Below, piece after piece: positions 1 through 9,056 of a stretch of DNA of 64,000 nucleotides (its first letter is position 1; the number at the start of each line of letters is the position of its first letter). Below the pieces are notes generated by a model. That model did not search any database and had not been told where the DNA came from. It saw only the letters and a list, made by a program, of their open reading frames with translations. Location: positions 7,588 to 71,587 of the forward strand of contig CAYFOT010000004.1 of assembly GCA_964344825.1 (NCBI GenBank), written 5' to 3'. Made by a program: the position numbers and the translations under genes. This DNA is from an uncultured Actinomyces sp. (GTDB lineage Bacteria > Actinomycetota > Actinomycetes > Actinomycetales > Actinomycetaceae).

Positions 1-1
1 G

Positions 2-187
2 ATCATGACCGCCGTCGTTACATTCTCATTCCCCGTGATGATCGCCGGCTTGGGACCCGCGTGGACGTACGCCATCTTCGGCATGATCAATGTGGGCGCA
101 CTCCTCTTCTACATCAAGGTCGTCCCCGAAACCAAGGGGTACAGTCTTGAAGAGATTGAGGAGCGTCTGGAGAAGAAGTACTCCTAA
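2..187 (+). CDS. MFS sugar-porter family transporter, C-terminal fragment (5' end outside window)
   Basis: ORF 5..187 has a TM segment followed by VPETKGYSLEEIEERL, the PETKG-x-LEEIE tail typical of sugar-porter MFS proteins. The frame is open to the window edge. Confidence 0.6.
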   Translation: MMTAVVTFSFPVMIAGLGPAWTYAIFGMINVGALLFYIKVVPETKGYSLEEIEERLEKKYS

Positions 188-220
188 CCCACCCGCGCCA
201 CAGTGCGGGCCATTCTTTTT

Positions 221-271
221 GGGGCGAGGGCGAGGGCGAGGCTCCGCACAGAACACCAACGCCCTCGCCCC
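221..271. terminator. Hairpin between convergent genes built from an inverted pair of the abundant GGGGCGAGGGCG motif
   Basis: GGGGCGAGGGCG (221-232) is the exact reverse complement of CGCCCTCGCCCC (260-271), with a 27-nt loop. It sits between the MFS stop (187) and the guaB1-like remnant stop (276). No clear U-tract follows it. Confidence 0.45.
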
Positions 272-275
272 GCAC

Positions 276-1102
<827 letters not shown>

Positions 1103-1165
1103 GTTCGCGGGGGCGCCAAGTTCGCAAGGGCTCCGCCCCGCTGTTCAGTGCTTAAGGAGAATGAC

Positions 1166-1522
1166 ATGGCTAAGAAGACTACTGACTACACGGAATCGTT
1201 GGTGCGCACGGGGCTACTTGAGTAGTTACCGATTATTCAGGAAGCGACCACCAGCCGCGTCGTGGTGAACAACCAGGTGTTGAGGTACGTGCTGTTCTCT
1301 TTCGATGAGGGGCAGGTCCTCACTTAGCATGCCAGCACGAAGGCCGTGATCGTCCAGCTCCTCAGCGGGAAGATGGAGTTCACGGTTGGGGGAGAGGCCT
1401 CGGTCCTAAGCGCGGGCGACATCGTCTACTTGGCGCCCGGTGACCGGCATGCACTGGTTGCGATCGAGCCCTGCCACATGGCGTTGACGATGGTCAACGT
1501 GGATGAGGAGCCCGCCGCCTAG
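1166..1522 (+). pseudogene. Cupin-domain protein gene with two in-frame TAG stops
   Basis: A single frame from ATG 1166 to TAG 1520-1522 reads MAKKTTDYTESLVRTGLLE*LPIIQEATTSRVVVNNQVLRYVLFSFDEGQVLT*HASTKAVIVQLLSGKMEFTVGGEASVLSAGDIVYLAPGDRHALVAIEP..., a typical small cupin. The stops are at 1223-1225 and near 1325-1327. Confidence 0.65.
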
Positions 1523-1733
1523 GGGTTGCTCCCTTCGGTGACAGCGGCCGCGGGCACGGGGTGTCGGGAGGAGCCGCGGGCACCGGCTGTGGGTGCCGGC
1601 TGCGCTCTTCTTCGACCAACCCTTGACACAGCACACGCCCTAGCCCCGGCCTAGGTCCACCCACTGCACAGATGACACCAATCCTGCCAACCGGTCCCAG
1701 ACCGGCCACCAAAAAGACTTACGGAAGAGGCAG

Positions 1734-2786
1734 TTAGCCCAGTAGTTGCTGGGCGAGGGCGCGCACCGTATCCTCACGGTGCTCAAAACGACTCAGGTCA
1801 TCCCCTTCGAATGCGCCGTCGGATGGGACGATCATGAGTTCATCGACCTCGAACTGATTGGCGAGGGCGACCAGCCCATCCGCGACCTCCGCTGCCGTAC
1901 CAACGTAAAGGAACGGTGCGCCCATGCTCCCAGCCGCGCGTTCAGTGGGGCTCCAAGCGCGCGTCTCCGCTTGTTCAACGGTGACCGACGGGCCTAACTT
2001 GCCCCCGCTACGCAGCGTGGCCTGGCGCAGACGGTGGGGTAGCGCTAGCCGCTCCGCCTCCTCCGTCGTTTCTCCGACTACGACATTCACGGGCACCAAC
2101 GATTTCGGCCGGGGGAACTGGGCTGACGGCTGATAGTGGTCCCGGTAGATCGCTAAGACCTGCTCCATGCCCGGAATGCCGAAATGGTTGGCAAACACGT
2201 AGGGCAGACCCAGTGCTGCGGCCAACTGGGCGGAATGCGCCGAAGAGCCGAGAAGCCAGATGTCCACTGGGGAGCCAGCCGCCCCAGTTGCCTGAATGTC
2301 ATACCGGCGACCCCCGATATCTAGGGGAACGGCAGAGCCCAGAGGGGTTTCCCCGATCCCAAGCAGCTCCCGAAGCAACTGGACGTCATTCGCATAGTTC
2401 TGTACGCCGTCCCCGGGCAGTCCCTGACGGAGAATCGCGGAGGTGAGTGGGTCGGTTCCGGGAGCTCGCCCTAGCCCCAAGTCGATGCGCCCCGGGTACA
2501 TCTCCCCGAGCAACGCGAACTGCTCCGCTACAGAAAACGGCGCGTGGTTTGCCAGCATCACCCCGCCGGACCCGAAGCGGATCTGCTCCGTGCCCGCGGC
2601 AAGGTAGGGAATGATGACGCTTGGCACCGTGGAGGCAATCGCCGCGATGTTGTGGTGTTCGGCGACCCAAAAACGGGTGTAGCCAAGCCGGTCAGCCAAG
2701 CGCGCCAGCGCGCGACTGGCGTGTAGGGCCTGCGAGGACGTCTGCCCGATCCGAAGCGGGATCAGGTCAAGAATGCTGAGTTTCAT
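1734..2786 (-). CDS. LLM-class (luciferase-like) flavin-dependent oxidoreductase
   Basis: 350-aa ORF. N-terminus MKLSILDLIP...GYTRFWVAEHHN is characteristic of the luciferase-like monooxygenase family. Strong SD GAAGGAG lies upstream on the minus strand. Confidence 0.85.
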   Translation of the reverse strand: MKLSILDLIPLRIGQTSSQALHASRALARLADRLGYTRFWVAEHHNIAAIASTVPSVIIPYLAAGTEQIRFGSGGVMLANHAPFSVAEQFALLGEMYPGRIDLGLGRAPGTDPLTSAILRQGLPGDGVQNYANDVQLLRELLGIGETPLGSAVPLDIGGRRYDIQATGAAGSPVDIWLLGSSAHSAQLAAALGLPYVFANHFGIPGMEQVLAIYRDHYQPSAQFPRPKSLVPVNVVVGETTEEAERLALPHRLRQATLRSGGKLGPSVTVEQAETRAWSPTERAAGSMGAPFLYVGTAAEVADGLVALANQFEVDELMIVPSDGAFEGDDLSRFEHREDTVRALAQQLLG

Positions 2787-2803
2787 TGCGGCTCCTTCGT
2801 AGC

Positions 2804-2886
2804 GTGGCGTGACGTGGCATGACGTTGCGTGGCGTCGCGTTGCGCTGCGTCGCGTTGCGCTGCGTTGCGTTGCGTTGTGTTGCGCC
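2804..2886. repeat. G/T-rich compound tandem repeat in a divergent promoter region
   Basis: GTGGCRTGAC x2 (2804-2823). Exact 15-mer GCGTCGCGTTGCGCT x2 (2832-2846 and 2847-2861). Then GTTGC/GTTGT pentamers x4 (2862-2886). Confidence 0.8.
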
Positions 2887-3093
2887 GTGTCCCCAGGTCA
2901 CTATGCGCCAGCCTACCGACGTTACTAGGCTGGACATAGAGAGTGACGCGGAACACACGCGCTGAACGCACGCAAAACGCACGGTGAACAAACAAAACGC
3001 GCGGAACACACGCCTCTAACGTGCGCGTCGAACGCGCGCAACCGAGAAGCGCGCAGCCGCGAAGTGCGCCGAACCCAAAGGAAGGGAGCCCCC

Positions 3094-4737
3094 ATGCCAA
3101 CGACCCGCCCACCTGCTGTTGCGGGTTTGTTCTACCCGTCCGACCCCACGGAGTTAACGGAGACAGTCGATGACCTGCTGGCAGCCGCCCCGGAACCCAC
3201 CGAGTACGTCCGAGCAATCATCGCCCCACACGCCGGATACATCTACTCCGGACCGACGGCTGCGTTCGCCCACCGCGCCCTCGACCCCAAAACACGTCGC
3301 GTCCTGATCCTGGGCCCAACCCACCGCGTTGGGATCGAGGGGATGGCGCTAACAGGCGCCGACTACCAGGGGACCCCGTTGGGGCTGGTGCCGACGGATC
3401 CGGAGCTCACCGCGACCCTTGAAAGCCTGCCCGACGTGATCACGGCGCCGATTGTGCATGCGCAGGAGCACTCGCTGGAGGTCCACCTTCCCTTCCTGCA
3501 ACGTCACCTTGAGCCCGGTTTCACCGTCGTCCCCATCGCGGTTGGGCACGCGTCGCCGGAGTCCGTGGCGCGCGTGATCGAGGCCGCCCTCGCCCTTCCC
3601 GACACCGCCGTCGTCGTCAGCTCCGACTTGTCCCACTTCCTGCCGTACGACGTCGCGAGGCGGGTGGACGCCGACACCATCGCGCAGATTCTCCAGAAGG
3701 GCCCCGCGCTGCACGGCGAGCAAGCCTGCGGCGCCTACCCCGTGAGCGGCCTCATGCGGTACGCGGCCGACCACGGGTGGGAGGGAAGTGTTCTGGACGT
3801 GCGTAACTCGGGCGACACCGCGGGGGACCGCAGTCGCGTTGTCGGGTACCCGGCGATCGCGTGGGCGCCGGCGCGAACGGAGGCGGGCGCGGCGAACCAG
3901 ACAGACGCGGGCGAGGGCGTTGCGGTGGAACAGGAGGCGGGCAGCCAGACCGACGATGCGGGCGAGGGCGACGCGCGCACCCTCGAAGCGCCCAGCGTCC
4001 TGCCGGTCTTGGCGTACAACGCGATCGCGCGGGAGCTCGGGCAGCCGCTACTCGACGTGCCGGATCGGAGATCGCTGCCCGCGCCCTCGGCGACGCCCTC
4101 GCCAAACGACGCGACGGACGGGGACGGGGGCTACGGCGACGGCGGGGGCGCCCTTTCCGACCCCGGCGCCACCTTCGTGACCCTCACTATTGGCGGGCAG
4201 CTGCGCGGCTGTATTGGGTCGCTGGTGGCGCACCGCCCGCTTGGTCAGGACGTGGTGGCCAACGCCGTTTCCGCAGCCTTCCGTGACCCGCGCTTCCCTC
4301 CGTTGAGCACGGAGGAGTTCGAGGACGTGGATGTGGAAGTCTCCCAGCTCACCGCGCCGCAGCCACTTTGGGAGGCCGGAGATGCCCCATCGGAGCCGGC
4401 CGCCCTCGACATGCTGCGCCCGCACGTGGACGGCGTCGTCATCCAATACGGCAACCACCGCGCCACGTTCCTGCCGCAGGTGTGGGACCAACTGCCGGAC
4501 CCCGTGGAGTTCATGACGCACCTGAAGGCCAAGGCGGGCCTGCCGGCGAACTTCTGGTCGCGGAATATACAGGTGCAGACATACCAGGTGAGTGAGCACC
4601 ACTTGGGTCGGGATTACTCGGGACGCGACGCGGCGGACGTGCCGGCCGAGGGTGGGCTAGGCACGCCCGGGGCCACGGGGGACGCGCCCGACACGCCCTC
4701 GCCCGAAACGCCCTCGCCCAACTGGACCGGCGCGTAA
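3094..4737 (+). CDS. Fused AmmeMemoRadiSam system protein B (Memo-like) and protein A (AMMECR1 domain)
   Basis: N-terminal half has AVAGLFYP...IIAPHAGYIYSGPTAAFA...HSLEVHLPFL (Memo/AmmeMemoRadiSam B). C-terminal half has GATFVTL...LRGCIGS...DPRFPPL...ATFLPQVW (AMMECR1). They are joined by a ~110-aa low-complexity linker. ATG 3094 is preceded by AAGGAAGGGA; the track start at 3064 is less likely. Confidence 0.85.
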   Translation: MPTTRPPAVAGLFYPSDPTELTETVDDLLAAAPEPTEYVRAIIAPHAGYIYSGPTAAFAHRALDPKTRRVLILGPTHRVGIEGMALTGADYQGTPLGLVPTDPELTATLESLPDVITAPIVHAQEHSLEVHLPFLQRHLEPGFTVVPIAVGHASPESVARVIEAALALPDTAVVVSSDLSHFLPYDVARRVDADTIAQILQKGPALHGEQACGAYPVSGLMRYAADHGWEGSVLDVRNSGDTAGDRSRVVGYPAIAWAPARTEAGAANQTDAGEGVAVEQEAGSQTDDAGEGDARTLEAPSVLPVLAYNAIARELGQPLLDVPDRRSLPAPSATPSPNDATDGDGGYGDGGGALSDPGATFVTLTIGGQLRGCIGSLVAHRPLGQDVVANAVSAAFRDPRFPPLSTEEFEDVDVEVSQLTAPQPLWEAGDAPSEPAALDMLRPHVDGVVIQYGNHRATFLPQVWDQLPDPVEFMTHLKAKAGLPANFWSRNIQVQTYQVSEHHLGRDYSGRDAADVPAEGGLGTPGATGDAPDTPSPETPSPNWTGA

Positions 4738-5765
4738 TGGCAGGCCACGTCGCCCAATGGTGGGAAACCACGGCTGACGGGCGCGTCCAGTGCAATGTGT
4801 GCCCACGCTTTTGTAAACTGCGCGACGGCCAGCGGGGCTTCTGTTTCGTGAGGATGAACGAGGGCGGGCGCCTGGTACTCGACACCTACGGGCGCTCCTC
4901 CGGCTTTGCCGTGGACCCGGTGGAGAAGAAGCCGCTGAACCACTTCCTGCCCGGCTCCGACGTCCTCTCGTTCGGGACCGCCGGGTGCAACCTGGGGTGC
5001 AAGTTCTGCCAGAACTGGACGATATCGACATCAAGGCAGTTTGACTCGCTGGGTCAAGAAGCCTCCCCGCGGCAGATCGCGCACACCGCGCGCCGACTTG
5101 GGTGCGAATCCGTTGCGTTCACCTACAACGATCCCACGATTTTCGCGGAGTACGCCATCGATACGGCGCACGCCTGTCGGGACGAGGGCGTTCACCCCAT
5201 CGCGGTCACTGCCGGCTATATAGAGGAGGCGCCCCGCCGCGCACTCTTTGACGCGATGGACGCCGCGAACGTGGATTTGAAGGGCTTCACGGAAGACTTC
5301 TATCGCAAGGTCACGGGCGCGCGGCTTTCCACCGTCCTCGATACTTTGGAATACGTGAACGATTCCGACTGCTGGCTGGAGATCACGACGCTGCTGATCC
5401 CGGGGAAGAACGACTCTGATGAGGAGATCACCGCGATGTCGCGATGGATCGTCGCGAACCTTGGGGCCGACGTGCCCCACCACTTCAGCGCGTTTCACCC
5501 CGCGCATCGGATGAAGGATGTGCCGCCCACGCCGCCCTCGACCCTGAAACGGGCGCGCCAGATCGCGATGGCAGAGGGGGAGCGCTACGTCTACACCGGC
5601 AACACTTACGACCCGGCTGGGCAGTCCACATACTGCCCGACCTGCGGCGCGGTCGTGGTGGAGCGGGACGGGTACCGCGTGGGCGCACTCAATCTGGATT
5701 TGGGCGAGGGCGGGTCTGCCACATGCGAAAGGTGCAGGACCACGATTCCGGGGGTGTGGGGGTAG
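4737..5765 (+). CDS. AmmeMemoRadiSam system radical SAM enzyme
   Basis: Motif CNLGCKFCQNW (CxxxCxxC) and the N-terminal Cys cluster CNVCPRFC, similar to PFL-activase-type radical SAM enzymes. The start overlaps the upstream stop (TAATG), which implies translational coupling. Confidence 0.9.
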   Translation: MAGHVAQWWETTADGRVQCNVCPRFCKLRDGQRGFCFVRMNEGGRLVLDTYGRSSGFAVDPVEKKPLNHFLPGSDVLSFGTAGCNLGCKFCQNWTISTSRQFDSLGQEASPRQIAHTARRLGCESVAFTYNDPTIFAEYAIDTAHACRDEGVHPIAVTAGYIEEAPRRALFDAMDAANVDLKGFTEDFYRKVTGARLSTVLDTLEYVNDSDCWLEITTLLIPGKNDSDEEITAMSRWIVANLGADVPHHFSAFHPAHRMKDVPPTPPSTLKRARQIAMAEGERYVYTGNTYDPAGQSTYCPTCGAVVVERDGYRVGALNLDLGEGGSATCERCRTTIPGVWG

Positions 5766-5863
5766 GCGGAATTCCTCACAGGCGCGTATAAGGTAGGTTT
5801 GGGAGTCGCGCGGAGTGCACTTGGGGAAGTATCCTCGTGGGTGGTTGGCGCACACGCGTCGCA

Positions 5864-5936
5864 GCCCCCGTAGCTCAATGGATAGAGCAGTGGACTTCTA
5901 ATCCACCGGTTGCAGGTTCGAGTCCTGTCGGGGGTG
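5864..5936 (+). tRNA. tRNA-Arg (anticodon TCT)
   Basis: Hand-folded cloverleaf. Acceptor GCCCCCG/CGGGGGT, U8, D arm GCTC-AATGGATA-GAGC, anticodon arm GTGGA-CTTCTAA-TCCAC, T arm GCAGG-TTCGAGT-CCTGT. CCA is not encoded. Confidence 0.85.
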
Positions 5937-5937
5937 C

Positions 5938-6735
5938 ATGTCAACAGCCATCGTCACGGGTGCCTCACGCGGGATCGGCCGCGCCATAGCGTATCGGCTT
6001 GCCGAACTCGGCTGGGATTTGGGCCTCATTGCCACGGACCCGCAGCGGCTGAGCGATGTGGCTTCCGCGATAGGGGCGAGGGCGGACGTGAAGGTCGCCC
6101 TCGAGCCGATTGACGTGGGCAACTACAACCAGGTTTCGGGTGCGGTGGAGCGGATCGTTGCAGCCGTTGGGACGCCCTCGCTCCTCATCAACAACGCGGG
6201 GCGCATCGATGCGGAGGTGCCGGTGTGGGAGGCGGATCCGGACCAGTTGGCCGCGGTGGTTTCCACGAACCTCTTGGGGACCCTTTTTATGGAGCGTGCG
6301 GTTCTGCCCCACATGGTGGCGGCGGAAGGGGGCCGCGTGATCAATCTGGTTTCTGGTGCCGGCGCGCGCAGCTGGGGTTTGGCGCCTGCCTATACGACCT
6401 CGAAGGCCGCCCAATTGCGTAACGTTGGGGACGTTTCGGAGGTGGGCGAGGGCGTGGGGATTCTCGCGTTCGGACTGGCGCCCGGGGTGGTGCGCACCGA
6501 CATGACGGCGGGGATGGACTTACACGCGGGCCGCACGGATTACACGCCAGTGTCCGCGACGCTGGACTTGGTGAAGGCGATCGCCGCGGGCTCTCTGGAT
6601 GCTTGGTCCGGTGCCTATTTACGTGCGGACATTGACACGCCGGAGTCGCTGGTGTCGGCTGCGGTGCACTCCAAGAACGAGGATGCCCGCCACTTCGGCG
6701 TGTTCCCTTGGGGCGAGGGCGACCGGCTGCGGTGA
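5938..6735 (+). CDS. SDR-family oxidoreductase
   Basis: N-terminus MSTAIVTGASRGIGRAIA (TGxxxGIG Rossmann motif), NNAG, and a YxxxK-like YTTSK. Confidence 0.85.
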   Translation: MSTAIVTGASRGIGRAIAYRLAELGWDLGLIATDPQRLSDVASAIGARADVKVALEPIDVGNYNQVSGAVERIVAAVGTPSLLINNAGRIDAEVPVWEADPDQLAAVVSTNLLGTLFMERAVLPHMVAAEGGRVINLVSGAGARSWGLAPAYTTSKAAQLRNVGDVSEVGEGVGILAFGLAPGVVRTDMTAGMDLHAGRTDYTPVSATLDLVKAIAAGSLDAWSGAYLRADIDTPESLVSAAVHSKNEDARHFGVFPWGEGDRLR

Positions 6736-6745
6736 GTGTCGCGCT

Positions 6746-8098
6746 CTAGACCAGGAAACGCAACAGCTCAGAATCCGGGTCCAACTCATCTATCCGCAGG
6801 TCGGCGGTCTTCATCCGTTCGCGCAGCTCAAACAGAGACGTCTCCGATGCCGAGTCGATCCCGACCAGTGCGGGGCCGGTTTCCCGGTTGTTCTTCTTTG
6901 TGTATTCGAAGTAGAGAATATCGTCCTCGGGACCCAAGACTGAATCTAAGAACTGGCGCAACGCGCCGGGGCGCTGCGGGAATGACACAAGGAAGTAGTG
7001 GCGCAGGTTGCGGTAGACCTTGCTTCTCTCCTGGACCTCATCGTAGCGGGACAGGTCGTTGTTGCCACCGGAGATGATCCCCACCGTCACACCATCTAGG
7101 GGGAGTTGCGGCAGGAGTCCTTCTGCCGCCATCTGGATCGCTGCAGTGGTGAGGGCGCCCGCGGGTTCCGCGATTATCCCGTCCAGGTGGTACAGGTCCA
7201 GCATCTCAGTGCAGACCGCACCCTCTGGGATAACCACGACGTCGTCGACTAGGTCGCGGATGATTTCGTACGTGCAGTCTCCTGCCCGTCCTACCGCCGT
7301 GCCGTCCACGAACGGGTCGATTGAGGGCAGGGCGACGGGGGCGCCCTCTTCCAAAGCGCGAGCCATAGACGCGGCGCCTTCTGATTCCACCGCAACGATC
7401 CGCACGTCGGGCCTCACTTCGCGCAGCCATGCGGCGACGCCCGCGGTCAGGCCTCCGCCTCCCAGGGGGACGACAACCGTTCGCAGGTCCTCTCCGACCT
7501 GTTCAGCGATCTCCTTGCCTACTGAACCCTGGCCTGCGATGACTGCTGGGTCATCGTAGGGGTGGATGTAGGTTTTCCAAGAGCGCTCCGCAGCAGCCAA
7601 CGCAACCTTTTGCGTGTCGTCGAAGGTTCCGTCCACGAACTCAAGCGTGACCCAAGGGCCGCCAATGGTCGTGATTCGTTGGCGTTTCTGCCGTGGGGTC
7701 GAGGACGGAAGGTAGATCGTCCCGTGGATCCCCAGCCGCGAGCAAGCCATCGCGACGCCCTGCGCATGGTTTCCCGCAGACGCGCAGACGACGCCGGTTT
7801 GCCGCTCAGATTCTGAGAGCCCAGCCATGCGGTTGTATGCGCCGCGCAGCTTGAATGACCGGACGGTCTGCTGATCTTCCCGCTTGACCAAAATGGGCAC
7901 TCCAGCCGACCTCGTCAGGCGGTCAATCTGCTCAACCGGTGTCCGGCGGGCAACATCCGCGAGGCGTGCCGCCGCTGCCTCTACCTCTGCGGCCGTGACC
8001 GCAAGTTGGTCCTGCCCGGCGTTTTTGCGTCCCTTGGTTACGCCAACAGGCGTTGGGTGCACTGCTGGGGGTCTGCTCATACTGCTCTTCACGCCCAA
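6746..8098 (-). CDS. ilvA: Threonine ammonia-lyase (threonine dehydratase), single regulatory domain form
   Basis: PLP-lysine motif SFKLRGAYN, a GGGGL loop, and a C-terminal ACT-like domain. The exact start is uncertain (alternative Met 6 codons downstream). Confidence 0.85.
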   Translation of the reverse strand: MGVKSSMSRPPAVHPTPVGVTKGRKNAGQDQLAVTAAEVEAAAARLADVARRTPVEQIDRLTRSAGVPILVKREDQQTVRSFKLRGAYNRMAGLSESERQTGVVCASAGNHAQGVAMACSRLGIHGTIYLPSSTPRQKRQRITTIGGPWVTLEFVDGTFDDTQKVALAAAERSWKTYIHPYDDPAVIAGQGSVGKEIAEQVGEDLRTVVVPLGGGGLTAGVAAWLREVRPDVRIVAVESEGAASMARALEEGAPVALPSIDPFVDGTAVGRAGDCTYEIIRDLVDDVVVIPEGAVCTEMLDLYHLDGIIAEPAGALTTAAIQMAAEGLLPQLPLDGVTVGIISGGNNDLSRYDEVQERSKVYRNLRHYFLVSFPQRPGALRQFLDSVLGPEDDILYFEYTKKNNRETGPALVGIDSASETSLFELRERMKTADLRIDELDPDSELLRFLV

Positions 8099-8170
8099 CA
8101 GTCTAGGTTCGAGGACGCCTCTTGGTCGCCCGCGGCCAAATGGCGCACGTCGACGTCGTAGAGTGGGGGT

Positions 8171-8830
8171 GTGAATAACAACAATGGCAAGGCGGCAGAA
8201 GCGCCGATCGTGTGGATCGACTGTGAAATGACCGGGCTGGACCCACAGGTCGATGACTTAGTGGAGATCGCGGTGATCGTCACTGACTCTCAACTGGAAC
8301 CTCTCGCAGAGGGGATAGACCTGGTAATCAAACCGTCGGAGGCGGCTTTGGCGCAGATGTCCCCGTTCGTAACCCAGATGCATACCGATTCGGGCCTCAT
8401 TGAGGAGTTCGACGGTGGGGTCAGTGTCAGCGAAGCACAAGATCGGGTGCTGGCATACATACGTGACTTGGTGCCCGTGGCTGGTGTTGCTCCGATCGCG
8501 GGGAACTCCATCGGTCAGGACGTCAGGTTCCTGCGCAAGTACATGCCGGAGCTTATGGAGCACCTGCACTACCGGATGATCGATGTCTCCACCTTGAAAG
8601 AGCTGGCGAAGCGGTGGTATCCACGCGTGTATGTGTGCGCGCCTGACAAGAATGGTGGCCATAGGGCCCTTGGGGACATCAGGGACTCGATTGTGGAGCT
8701 TCAGTACTATCGTGCTGCATTGTTCCCCGCGGAGTTGGATCCCACGAAGGGTGCCTATAAGGCTATTGCTGAGGAGACTGTCGGTAAGGCGGACGCAGCG
8801 TTCCGCGCGGTCGACGCACCGGGTTCCTGA
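8171..8830 (+). CDS. orn: Oligoribonuclease
   Basis: IVWIDCEMTGLDP...EIAVIVTD...HRALGDIRDSI, DEDDh exonuclease motifs of Orn. GTG start. Confidence 0.9.
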   Translation: MNNNNGKAAEAPIVWIDCEMTGLDPQVDDLVEIAVIVTDSQLEPLAEGIDLVIKPSEAALAQMSPFVTQMHTDSGLIEEFDGGVSVSEAQDRVLAYIRDLVPVAGVAPIAGNSIGQDVRFLRKYMPELMEHLHYRMIDVSTLKELAKRWYPRVYVCAPDKNGGHRALGDIRDSIVELQYYRAALFPAELDPTKGAYKAIAEETVGKADAAFRAVDAPGS

Positions 8831-8845
8831 CAAGGGTTGAGTTCG

Positions 8846-8869
8846 GGGCGAGGGTGAGGGCGAGGGTGA
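8846..8869. repeat. Exact tandem 12-mer GGGCGAGGGTGA x2 (variant of the abundant motif)
   Basis: Units at 8846-8857 and 8858-8869 are identical. Located just after the orn stop. Confidence 0.75.
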
Positions 8870-8925
8870 GCACGCTCTTCCGGTGAAGCGCCGTGCGGCC
8901 CCTGGGAGATCCGCTTCCTCTCCCG

Positions 8926-8961
8926 TTGTCCACAGGGACGTGAATCGTGGGTTATCCACAG
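8926..8961 (+). promoter_or_regulatory. Paired DnaA-box-like direct repeats upstream of SSB-like gene 1 (function unproven)
   Basis: TTGTCCACAG (8926-8935) and TTATCCACAG (8952-8961), 26 bp apart. The proximal box lies ~96 nt from ATG 9057. TTATCCACA is the classical DnaA box and TTGTCCACA the actinobacterial variant. Confidence 0.4.
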
Positions 8962-9056
8962 GGCACGCGAATCCCCCTTGGTCCGTGTTCCGCGTTGCGG
9001 AAGGGTTGAACCAGGCGGAGGAACCGCCGCAACCGGATTAACTCAGGAGCAGTGCA

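Noticed and set aside
1223-1327. In-frame TAG codons in the cupin gene as programmed recoding (pyrrolysine or read-through)
   Set aside because: No pyl genes or recoding signals are visible. A neighbouring gene is also decayed, and one TAG replaces an expected GAG (Glu). Plain nonsense mutation is the simpler explanation.
8831-9056. Expected tRNA gene downstream of orn (common in some actinobacteria)
   Set aside because: No cloverleaf could be folded. The region instead contains the 12-mer tandem repeat and the DnaA-box-like pair.
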